NCBI GenBank assembly: GCA_963662265.2 | Contig: CAXXHA010000026.1 | Coordinates: forward strand, 1-31,643 | DNA from: Spirochaetia bacterium | GTDB taxonomy: Bacteria; Spirochaetota; Spirochaetia; CADAEX01 | Direction of reading: 5' to 3' | DNA length: 31,643 bases | Shown here: positions 19,442-28,600 of the stretch, piece after piece | Layout of the letters: each line of letters begins with the position of its first letter | How positions within the stretch are numbered: position 1 is the first letter of the stretch | Notes under the pieces: model-generated | What the model was told of the DNA's origin: nothing | The model's input: only the letters and a program-made list of their open reading frames with translations | The model's database searches: none | Position numbers and translations under genes: made by a program

Positions 19442-19538
19442 AGAATCATAAAAACGCAGGGCCTTGTGTATTTACCTGTTTCAGACCTGATTCATATTTA
19501 TTAAGAATAACAGAAGTTTACAATTACTCTCTCTTAAC

Positions 19539-19568
19539 TCGACATGCAGTATAAATAAATTATATAAT
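19539..19568 (+). promoter_or_regulatory. Candidate ftsK promoter
   Basis: TCGACA (19539-19544), 18 nt, TATAAT (19563-19568); SD GAGAGG before GTG 19622. Confidence 0.45.
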
Positions 19569-19621
19569 CAGCCGAAATTTAAAATGAACATCACATGAAA
19601 AATTAAACTGAGAGGATATCT

Positions 19622-22600
19622 GTGACTGATAAAAAAGCCTTTATTTTTGCACTTTTTCTACTTATTTTTTCTTTATGGCTGACAGTCTCCATATTATTTA
19701 CCCTTTCAGGAGGGGGCGGTCCAGCCTTTTTCGGAGGATATTTTCTTTATAATACTTTTTATCATTCCGCATTTTATGTACCGCTTTATCTGGTATTCTG
19801 TTCATTTTTTCTCTTAAGGAAGAAATTTGATAAAAGCGATATAATTGTATTAATCCTTACCCTGGTCCCGTTTTTCACAACAGGATTGGCATTGAGGATA
19901 TATATAGGCGCAGGCAATACATCTCTTGAAAAGATGATCGTAAATTCATTCGGCCCGCTCAGCCCTGTTCTTCTACTACTGCTTGTTTTCATTGAAGCGA
20001 TTCTGATTATGAATGCTGCTCTTTTCCTCAGAAAGAATCCCTCCTTACTCGAAACTGTGTCAGGGAATATTCCGGATGTACAGAATACAGGTGAAATTGA
20101 TGAAGTACCGGCTCAGGAGAGTTCAGCTGCTGATGCAGGTGTGAGAGACGCAGATGCTTTTTCAGAGGCTGCAAAAATGAGTCCTGAAACAATATCAGAT
20201 ATTCAGGAAGATAATAATTCTGATGCAGATTCCTTTGAAAAGAGCACTTATTTCGTAAATAATACTGTTTCTGAAGAATATATGCATGACAGAAGTATTT
20301 CCGATTCTGATGAAGATCCTGTCAGTGAAGAAAGTGCAGGAGATGATAGTGATCAGAGGGAAAGTTTTAAAACACTGTCTCTTTCAAGTGTTTCATTACT
20401 GAAGGGAGGGAAGAGAGGTTCTGATATGTCTGAGCCTGAAGTACTGACAGAGGAAGTTGTATATCAGGATGAACCTGGAGAAAATTATGAGCCGGGTTTT
20501 GAATACAGTGAAGATGAAAAATACAACCCTGCTGATTACGGTCTGCAGATTCCTGACAGGAAAACAATTACAGAAGAGCCTGATGTGTCAGGCTCAATAC
20601 TTCCCGATGCAGATGATATTTATATGCAGGATGAGGCTTCCGGCTTTTCCGGCGCTGATGATGAAGAGGGTATGGCTACTGTAGATGGAGTGGATTATTC
20701 AGAGCCTGCATATTTCAGGCAGCAGAAAGATGCACCTTTTAAGTCAGATGAAATCCCGGAGCCGGAAATAGACAGGGAACCTTCTTCAGATAATTCATAT
20801 TATGAAGATACAGAATATGATCAATACCATGCTGTTCCTGATGAAAGAAATGCAGGGGAGTATGAACAGGAATCAGAAACTGCAGGGTATACAGAAAAGA
20901 CAGAAGAAGATTATTCAGATGAGATTTCAGTTGAATATGAAGAGGAATTCCCTGAAGAAATACTTGCGGAAGCTGAAAATGAATTCTCTGAAGATGTTAA
21001 AGGTTCTGGCATTCAGGCTGAAGAAGAAAGTTATGATCCTCTGACTGAGTATAACAGGGATATAGAAGTTGATGAATCCGGAGAAGAAATCTTTGACAGT
21101 GAATCAGATGATGAGTTCCTTGAAGATGATATTGAAGATGATATTGAAGATGATGGGCCTTCACAGCCTGACAACACAGCTATAGTAAAGCAGTATTTTG
21201 AATCTGCAAGGTTTATCAAGCCTTCGAAAAAACCTGGAAAATATGAAATTCCTGTTGAAGATGTTCTTGATTTATACCAGGAGGAATCTTATGACAGGAT
21301 TGATGCGAGGGCACGGGAAGAGGCAGAAGTCCTCAAAAAGACACTTGCCGAGTTCAAGATTGAGGCTGAAGTTACAGGTATCAGAAAAGGGCCTGTTATT
21401 ACAATGTTTGAAATTCTCCCTGCTCCCGGTGTAAAGCTGTCAAGAATAACAAATCTTGCAGACAACATAGCCCTGAGGCTTGCCGCATCCCGTGTGAGGA
21501 TTGTTGCGCCTATACCAGGCAAACATGCTGTAGGTATTGAGGTTCCAAACAGGAAAAGGGCTATTGTATCATTCAGGGAACTCATAGAAGTGGATTACAA
21601 GCAGTACAGGAAAGATGATCTTCCGGTTGTCCTTGGAAAAGATATTACAGGGGAGGAGCAGATTGTAGACCTCACTAAAACACCCCATCTTCTTATCGCA
21701 GGAGCGACAGGATCGGGTAAGTCTGTCTGTGTAAATTCCCTGATAACATCAATCCTCTACAAGAGGGCTCCCCGGGATGTCAAGATGATACTGATTGATC
21801 CGAAGATTGTAGAACTCAAGCTTTATAACGGGATCCCCCATCTTCTCACACCGGTAATTACAGATGCTAAAAAAGCTTACCAGGCACTCCAGTACTGTGT
21901 CTTTGAAATGGAGCGGCGCTATTCCCTCCTCGATGCACTCAGCTGCCGGGATATCAAGTCATTCAATAAGAAAATAAAGGAAGAAAAAATTGCGACAATG
22001 CCTCTTCCATACATAGTTGTTGTAGTTGATGAGTTTGCAGACCTTATGGCTACAACAGGCAAGGAGCTTGAATCAACTCTTGCAAGGCTTGCTGCAATGT
22101 CCAGAGCTGTCGGTATTCATCTGGTTCTTGCAACCCAGCGTCCGTCAATCGATGTTATTACCGGGCTTATCAAGGCTAATATTCCATCCCGTATTGCATT
22201 CATGGTTGCAAGCAAGACAGACTCAAGAATTATCATTGATTCAATGGGAGCTGAGATGCTTCTCGGAAAAGGGGATATGCTTTTCACCTCTGCATGGAAT
22301 CCCTATCCTGTCAGGATACAGGGCGCCTTCCTATCTGAAGGGGAAGTTGAAAGGGTGGTTGAACAGGTCAAGGAATACGGAGAGCCTGAATATATTGATG
22401 ATGAAATATTTGTCGATGATGAGGATGATGATTATATCTCCATGGAAGAAGAGACAATCAATGATCCCCTGATGAACAGGGCTCTTGAAATTGTTGCAAC
22501 TGCAGGTAAGGCGTCAGCATCCTATCTCCAGAGACGTCTCAAGATAGGCTACAACAGGGCAGCCCGCCTTGTCGAGGAAATGGAAAGGAAGGGAATAGTA

Positions 22601-22672
22601 GGTCCCCAGAACGGAAGCAAGCCGAGAGACCTTCTCCATATCCCGGATAATTTCAGGGATCAGCAGGATTAG
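19622..22672 (+). CDS. ftsK: DNA translocase FtsK/SpoIIIE
   Basis: N-terminal TM segments, long acidic linker, RIVAPIPGK..GIEVPN, HLLIAGATGSGKS, LIDPK, VDEFADLM, HLVLATQRPS, gamma domain SASYLQRRLKIGYNRAARL. Confidence 0.97.
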   Translation: MTDKKAFIFALFLLIFSLWLTVSILFTLSGGGGPAFFGGYFLYNTFYHSAFYVPLYLVFCSFFLLRKKFDKSDIIVLILTLVPFFTTGLALRIYIGAGNTSLEKMIVNSFGPLSPVLLLLLVFIEAILIMNAALFLRKNPSLLETVSGNIPDVQNTGEIDEVPAQESSAADAGVRDADAFSEAAKMSPETISDIQEDNNSDADSFEKSTYFVNNTVSEEYMHDRSISDSDEDPVSEESAGDDSDQRESFKTLSLSSVSLLKGGKRGSDMSEPEVLTEEVVYQDEPGENYEPGFEYSEDEKYNPADYGLQIPDRKTITEEPDVSGSILPDADDIYMQDEASGFSGADDEEGMATVDGVDYSEPAYFRQQKDAPFKSDEIPEPEIDREPSSDNSYYEDTEYDQYHAVPDERNAGEYEQESETAGYTEKTEEDYSDEISVEYEEEFPEEILAEAENEFSEDVKGSGIQAEEESYDPLTEYNRDIEVDESGEEIFDSESDDEFLEDDIEDDIEDDGPSQPDNTAIVKQYFESARFIKPSKKPGKYEIPVEDVLDLYQEESYDRIDARAREEAEVLKKTLAEFKIEAEVTGIRKGPVITMFEILPAPGVKLSRITNLADNIALRLAASRVRIVAPIPGKHAVGIEVPNRKRAIVSFRELIEVDYKQYRKDDLPVVLGKDITGEEQIVDLTKTPHLLIAGATGSGKSVCVNSLITSILYKRAPRDVKMILIDPKIVELKLYNGIPHLLTPVITDAKKAYQALQYCVFEMERRYSLLDALSCRDIKSFNKKIKEEKIATMPLPYIVVVVDEFADLMATTGKELESTLARLAAMSRAVGIHLVLATQRPSIDVITGLIKANIPSRIAFMVASKTDSRIIIDSMGAEMLLGKGDMLFTSAWNPYPVRIQGAFLSEGEVERVVEQVKEYGEPEYIDDEIFVDDEDDDYISMEEETINDPLMNRALEIVATAGKASASYLQRRLKIGYNRAARLVEEMERKGIVGPQNGSKPRDLLHIPDNFRDQQD
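21120..21154 (+). repeat. In-frame 12-bp tandem repeat (about 3 copies) in the FtsK linker
   Basis: TTGAAGATGATA twice plus TTGAAGATGAT, encoding EDDIEDDIEDD. Confidence 0.85.
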
Positions 22673-22724
22673 ATACAATTATTATTTATATGACTGTGCA
22701 ACATGCTAAAATGGCGGTATATAA

Positions 22725-23930
22725 GTGTCTCGTGACAGGAATAATATAAAACTATCAGTACTTTATTTTTTTCAGTTCTGCATTTGGGGCGGAATTGTTC
22801 CTGTTTTGAGTCTTTATCTCAAGGAACTTCCGGGATTTAACGGGTCAATGACAGGTTTTGTTATTTCCATGACAAGTATTGCTTCTGTGACTGCTCCTCT
22901 TATTGCCCAGCGTGTCGCTGACAGGTATATTTCCGCAGAAACACTGTTTTCAATTCTTCATTTATCATGCGGTGTCCTTGTAATAATATTCAGACAGCAG
23001 ACCCATTTTGCAGCTGTAACTGTTGTTTATCTGCTTCTCATGATATCGCTGTCCCCGACATCTCCGCTTCTCAATGTTCTGGTCTTTCATTCCCTCGGGA
23101 AAGACAAGATGAAATATGGCTTTCTCAGGGTGTGGGGGACTTTCGGCTGGATTTTTATGGCTGTTTTTTTCAGCTATGTATGGCTAGGTTCGGATCTTTT
23201 CCCATTTGATAAAAACATAGGTGATGTCTATTATGTTACAGCTTTTTTCTGCTTTTTCATGGGATTCTATTCACTTGCAGTAACATCCGGAAACAGCAGG
23301 AAAAGCATCGGAAAGAAGGCTGCGAAATTTGATATCAACAGTTTGCCGTCAGGTCCTCTCCGCCGGGAACTTTTCTACTTTGTTGCAGTCAGCATGCTTG
23401 CTTCCATTGCAGATAAAACTTACTTCCTGGGAATAGCCCCGTACCTGAAATATTCAGGATTTCCCGAACAGTCTATTATGCCTTCTATTTCACTCGGGAT
23501 GATTTCCGAGATTGCCGCAATGTTTATTCTCTATAAACTTATCAGGAGATTCGGATACCGGAATATACTTACAGCAGGTATTGTTGCCCATGTAATAAGG
23601 TTTTTCCTTTTTATAACTGCATCTGAAACAGGAGCATTTTATCTCATTATTCCGGGCATATTCCTCCACGGCTTTACATTCGCATTTTTCATAGCTGTCT
23701 CATATATATTTCTAGATACATTCTGCACTGAAAAAACAAGAAGTTCTGTCCACCTTATTTATGCATTTATAGTGTCAGGCAGCGGTAATCTTGCGGGAAA
23801 CCTTATAGGCGGTGTCCTTATTGACTTTTCGCTTGCATTAAGGGGGAGTTATACGATTTTCTGGATTTTCCCGGCTGTTGTGTCTGTATCTGCGCTGATT
23901 CTACTGAGACGCCATATTTCTTCAAAATAA
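22725..23930 (+). CDS. MFS transporter, nucleoside:H+ symporter (NupG/XapB-like) family
   Basis: About 12 hydrophobic segments; FFQFCIWG, VADRY, LRVWGTFGWI, SLGMISEI, LHGFTFAFF, GNLAG. Substrate not determinable. Confidence 0.85.
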   Translation: MSRDRNNIKLSVLYFFQFCIWGGIVPVLSLYLKELPGFNGSMTGFVISMTSIASVTAPLIAQRVADRYISAETLFSILHLSCGVLVIIFRQQTHFAAVTVVYLLLMISLSPTSPLLNVLVFHSLGKDKMKYGFLRVWGTFGWIFMAVFFSYVWLGSDLFPFDKNIGDVYYVTAFFCFFMGFYSLAVTSGNSRKSIGKKAAKFDINSLPSGPLRRELFYFVAVSMLASIADKTYFLGIAPYLKYSGFPEQSIMPSISLGMISEIAAMFILYKLIRRFGYRNILTAGIVAHVIRFFLFITASETGAFYLIIPGIFLHGFTFAFFIAVSYIFLDTFCTEKTRSSVHLIYAFIVSGSGNLAGNLIGGVLIDFSLALRGSYTIFWIFPAVVSVSALILLRRHISSK

Positions 23931-24028
23931 TTAAGTTGACTGAAAAATTTTAACCAGGCTATAGGCGGGGGATGATAAGTTGTTAAATATGCTTATCATA
24001 TAATTAAAAATGAAACAGTCTTTTTGAT

Positions 24029-24067
24029 TATAAAACACTTTACCTTTAAGGTAAAGTGTTTTATACT
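24029..24067 (+). promoter_or_regulatory. higBA promoter embedded in a perfect 18-1-18 palindrome (probable antitoxin operator)
   Basis: TATAAAACACTTTACCTT-T-AAGGTAAAGTGTTTTATA (24029-24065); -35 TTTACC (24039-24044), 17 nt, -10 TATACT (24062-24067). Confidence 0.85.
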
Positions 24068-24073
24068 TTGATG

Positions 24074-24409
24074 ATGCGGGTTAATTTCAAAAATCAAAAG
24101 ATGAGAAAAATCTTTGAAAAAGAGCAAAAGCTACGGCAGGAGTATGGTGATAAATGTGCTCGAAAAATTAAGATTCGCATGTCTGTTTTAATTGCCGCAA
24201 ATAACCTTGATTGTGTTCCGAAAATTAAACCTGATCGTTGCCATGAGTTAAAAAATAACCGTAAGGGAACATTTGCTGTGGATTTGGCACATCCATTCAG
24301 ACTTATATTTGAACCTGATATGGAAGAGCTTCCCATTCTTGAAAATGATGGAATTGACCTGAAAAAAGTAATCTGCATAAAAATATTATCTGTGGAGGAT
24401 TATCACTAA
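24074..24409 (+). CDS. higB: HigB/RelE-family toxin, 111 aa; start revised from 24056 to 24074
   Basis: MRVNFKNQKMRK, RCHELKNNRKGTFAVDLAHPFRLIF, terminal EDYH; toxin-first order. The 24056 GTG lies inside the promoter. Confidence 0.88.
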   Translation: MRVNFKNQKMRKIFEKEQKLRQEYGDKCARKIKIRMSVLIAANNLDCVPKIKPDRCHELKNNRKGTFAVDLAHPFRLIFEPDMEELPILENDGIDLKKVICIKILSVEDYH

Positions 24410-25491
24410 TGAGTAATCAATTTAATCCTGACTATACAATACATCCGGGTGAATATATTGAAGAAATATTAGAAGCCCGTAATATGAAAAAACATGATTT
24501 TGCACAACGATGTGGAATATCTGTCAAGGCTGTTAGCCAGATTATAAATTGTAAGTCATTGTTTTCATCTGATCTTGCTTTGCAATTTGAAAGAGTTCTT
24601 GGTGTTGATGCAGATTTGCTTATGAATTTGTTAACAAATTACCAGATGTATGAAACAAGACTTAAAGATAGAGAAGAGCTTGAAACTAAAGAGAATTGGA
24701 TAAAAAAATTCCCTGAAAAGGAACTTGTAGAGTATGAAATAATACCGAAATCCAGTCATGTTTCTGAAAAAGCAAACAATCTACTTGATTTTTTTAATGT
24801 ATCGTCACCTGAAGTATGGGAAGATTATTATTCAAAAAAGGCAGTTTCATTCAGGGAATCTCCGAAATTTAATTTTTCTCTTGAATCAACAGCAACATGG
24901 CTCCGTATAGGGGAAAAACTATCAGAATCTATTGAGTGTGGAAAATATGATAAAGATAAATTCAAATCAGCACTTAAGGAAATAAGAAAACTAACAACCG
25001 TTGATCCCTGTAAATTCTCTAATGAAATGGTTGAAATATGCAGAAAGTGTGGTGTTGCTGTAGTATTTGTACCTGAACTAAAAAAAACACATATAAGCGG
25101 TGCGTCGCAGTGGATATCATCTGAAAAAGCTTTAATAATTATGAGCCTGCGGTATAAGACAAATGATCATTTCTGGTTTACTTTTTTTCATGAGGCAGGT
25201 CATATTCTTCTTCATGGCAAAAAAGAGGTATTTATTGACAGTAATGATAATACTTATTCAGAAAATGAAATTGAAGCTGATAAATTTTCGAGAAAAATGC
25301 TTATTGATGAAAACCTCTATAAGGTTTTTTTAGAAAAAGGTGAATTTTATAAATCTGATATTCAAAAATTTGCAAAAAAGAATAATATAGCGGCTGGAAT
25401 TGTTGTTGGAATGCTGCAGCATGATAAAAAAATTAAATATTCATGGCATAATGATCTCAAAAAGAAACTGGAAATTATAAAAGAAGATTAA
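24409..25491 (+). CDS. higA: HigA-family Xre-HTH antitoxin fused to ImmA/IrrE (peptidase M78) metallopeptidase domain
   Basis: IHPGEYIEE...FAQRCGISVKAVSQIIN...ALQFERVLG (HigA HTH); ISGASQW, FWFTFFHEAGHILLH (HExxH), EIEADKF; TAATG coupling and SD GGAGGA 24394-24399. Confidence 0.88.
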   Translation: MSNQFNPDYTIHPGEYIEEILEARNMKKHDFAQRCGISVKAVSQIINCKSLFSSDLALQFERVLGVDADLLMNLLTNYQMYETRLKDREELETKENWIKKFPEKELVEYEIIPKSSHVSEKANNLLDFFNVSSPEVWEDYYSKKAVSFRESPKFNFSLESTATWLRIGEKLSESIECGKYDKDKFKSALKEIRKLTTVDPCKFSNEMVEICRKCGVAVVFVPELKKTHISGASQWISSEKALIIMSLRYKTNDHFWFTFFHEAGHILLHGKKEVFIDSNDNTYSENEIEADKFSRKMLIDENLYKVFLEKGEFYKSDIQKFAKKNNIAAGIVVGMLQHDKKIKYSWHNDLKKKLEIIKED

Positions 25492-25516
25492 ATATCTGTA
25501 TGATTTTACAGGCAAT

Positions 25517-25545
25517 AAAAAAGCTGCACACTGTGTAGCTTTTTT
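25517..25545. terminator. Bidirectional-type intrinsic terminator after higA
   Basis: AAAAAAGCTGCACA-C-TGTGTAGCTTTTTT: hairpin with A- and T-tracts on either side. Confidence 0.75.
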
Positions 25546-25609
25546 GCACTGTGTTTTGATAGTAAAAAGATTGCCTGTTTTGTATTGCGTAACGGAGGTT
25601 AAAAAAAGT

Positions 25610-28600
25610 TTGTACAAGGCATATTTCAGTAATTCGCTTGAAAAATTTATAGATAACTACAGCAGCCTGTTTTCTCCTGCCGGTCTTTTTGACAGGAATT
25701 CAGTGTTTATTGTCCAGAACAGCAACATGGAGGAGTGGCTCAAGCTGAGACTGGCTGATAAAACCGGCGTTTTTGCAGGCATCAATTTCCAGTTCCAGGA
25801 CGAAACTCTCAGGAATATAATCAGTCTCTCGCCTGAAGTATCCAGAGCTCTTGAGACAAAAAAGACAATATATCTTGATGATCTTAAACTCATCATATTT
25901 CATACGCTTAATAATATTTTCAGAAGTATTGAAGATTATCCTGAATTTTCCACTCTCAAAAGTTATGTGAACCATGAATACCCGCTCTCAGAGGGGGACA
26001 TGAATAATATCAAGTCAACACGCCTCTACCGCCTTTCAGACAGCATCGCGGGACTGTTTCATCATTACGGACTCAATTCATCAGAGATGATAAGAAAATG
26101 GGAAGCAAGGATGAGTTATGCTGCAGGTACTGAATTCAGTTATCTGGAAGGGAATGAAAGGTGGCAGATGCGGCTGTGGGATATTATTTTCGGAAAAGAT
26201 TCATCATATCTGCATCCTGGCCAGATAATAGCAGGTATTCTTGACGGCAAATATAATATTCCCCCTGTTAATAAGAAAATTATAATATTCGGCTCTTCAT
26301 TTCTCAGCGAGCAGGCTGTGGAATTTTTCCATTACCTGAGCAGCAGCTGCTCGGCTGAGATACATCATTTTATCCTTTCTCCCTCTCCCTTTATACAGAA
26401 GCCGGAAGTTGAAAAGTCGCTTATCCTTTCTCAATGGGGCAATATCGTAACAGGGCTTGCGGAAATGCTTGTCGGAAAAGGGGTTGATATCCATGAGGAT
26501 TACCTGGTGCCCGAAGGGGGTGTAATGCCCGAAGGGTGCGAAGTAATTGCAGAATCCAGGGGTCCTGAAGGAAGCAAGTCCGCCGGGACAGTCAGCGAAG
26601 TTTCAGAAATAAGGGGGCCTGATGAATGCAAGCTTACTGGAATAACAATGCTTTCCGCCCTTAAAAATGCTGTTTTCAGCAACCTGAAAAAATGTTCAGG
26701 ATTTTTTGATCAGGATGACAGCAGCCTCAGGGTAATTTCTGTCCCCGGGAAAAAGAGGGAGATTGAGATTCTCAAGAACAATATAATCTATCTGATGGAT
26801 AAAAAAGGATATGATTTTTATGACATCGGGGTCGCGGCTCCCGACATAAACAGCTATGTCCCTTTCATAGATTCAGTGTTCCGTTCCGGCGACCCTGCCC
26901 TTGATATCCCCTACAACCTGATGGATGTCAGCTTTGTTGAGAATTCCGATTATCTTAACGGTTTTTTCTCACTACTGGATCTCACAGGCTCCCGTTTTTC
27001 AAGGAAACAGCTTTTTTCCCTCTTCAACAACAGGTGCTTCAAGAACCGTTTTCATCTTTCCGATTCCGATGTCGACAAGTGGCTTGAAATTTGCGACAGG
27101 CTTTTCATCAAGTGGGGATATGACAGTGAGCACAGGGAAGAGATAATCAGCAGGAAGTCTGATTTTGCCACATGGAAGAAAGCTCTGGACAGGGTAGGCA
27201 GCGGTTTCCTTTTCAGTGAGGAGGAGGGAAGCCTCTCTTTATCATCAGGAAGCGATATAACACCGTACCAGCTTTCAGGGAGCAGCGAGGAAAACACAGC
27301 AGCCTCTCTTTTCCAGGCTGTTAACCTGCTTTACAGGAACATATATGGTCTAAGATTTTCCGAGTATGAAATACCTGCATGGGCAATGCAGATGGAGAAG
27401 ATTGCAGACTTTTTCCTTTCTCCTGTATACGGTACAGGGGATGATGATGACAGGAAATTCCTTAAAAATGTTTTCAGGCAGATAAATACCCTGGTTATTG
27501 AAAACAGCGAAGCTGAATCAATATCGGAAAAACCGGTTCCCTATTCCCTCTACAGGATGCTCATAGATGAGTTTGCCGGGAAAAGCGGGTACTGCAGGGG
27601 GCAGTATCTTGCAGAAGGGATCAGTTTCTCCTCTCTGAAACCGCTCAGGGCAATTCCGTTCAAGGTTATCTTTCTGCTTGGAATGGATGAGAACAGTTTC
27701 CCCGGCCGCGAAAAGAGCAGAAACTATGACCTTCGGTCTCTTACCCCTAAAAGCATTGACCTTTCGGTTCAGAATACTGACTGCTTTACATTTCTTGAAA
27801 CTGTTCTGTCTGCAGGGGAGAAGCTTTTCATATCATATACAGGAACAAATATTATTACAGGTGAAATACTTGAACCTTCTCCTCTTGTGACTGAAATACT
27901 TTCCATGTTTGAAAGTAGTGAAGCTGAAAAGATCCATGTTGCCCATCCGCTTCATTCCCATAACAGTGTTTACTTTGAGGAGACAGGAAGGTTCAGGGAT
28001 TTTATCTCATTTGACAGACTTGATTTCAGGGCGGCATCAGTCATGAAAAGCAGGCAGAAGAAAACTCCCCCTCTTCTTGAACTTGATACCGGTTTTGATC
28101 TTCCCGATGAAGTAGAGGCTGAAACAGATATCTACAGATTTGAAAGATTTCTTAAATACCCTGTTTCATTTTTTCTGGAATATGTCGAAGGGATTAAGGC
28201 TTCAGGTACACAGCTTCTGGAAAATGACGAGACAGAGCACTTCGGGCTTACATATAGTGATAACAATGTGATCAGCCGTGAAATTGCAGACAGCTCTGAT
28301 GGGGAGGACAGGATATTTGAAAGGTATGTTGAAGAGGGCAGGACTGCGGGAATACTCAACAACTGCAGTGTATCAGACTATGAATGCCTGCTTTCCGGGG
28401 ATGATTATGAGAAATTCCGCAGCAACCTTGTTTCCGAGGGGTATTTTGAATCTGATCCTGTTGAAGTTGTTCTCAGCGAGCACGGAGCCAGGGGGAAGTC
28501 GTCGCTTATATCTTTTCCTCCTGTTGAAGTTTTATCAGAAAAAGGGAGGCTCTCAATATCCGGTTATATGAAAGGCCTGAGGAGAAGGGGAAGCAGCTGG

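Noticed and set aside
24056-24073. ORF-track start of higB at 24056
   Set aside because: Inside the operator/promoter; family N-terminus and -10 spacing fit ATG 24074.
23931-25609. IS, integron cassette or prophage carrying the TA module
   Set aside because: No transposase or integrase, and I found no flanking direct repeats or convincing attC; only composition suggests foreign origin.
25544-25609. ORF-track start of recC at 25544
   Set aside because: Lies in the terminator tail; SD GGAGG and the RecC-like N-terminus point to TTG 25610.
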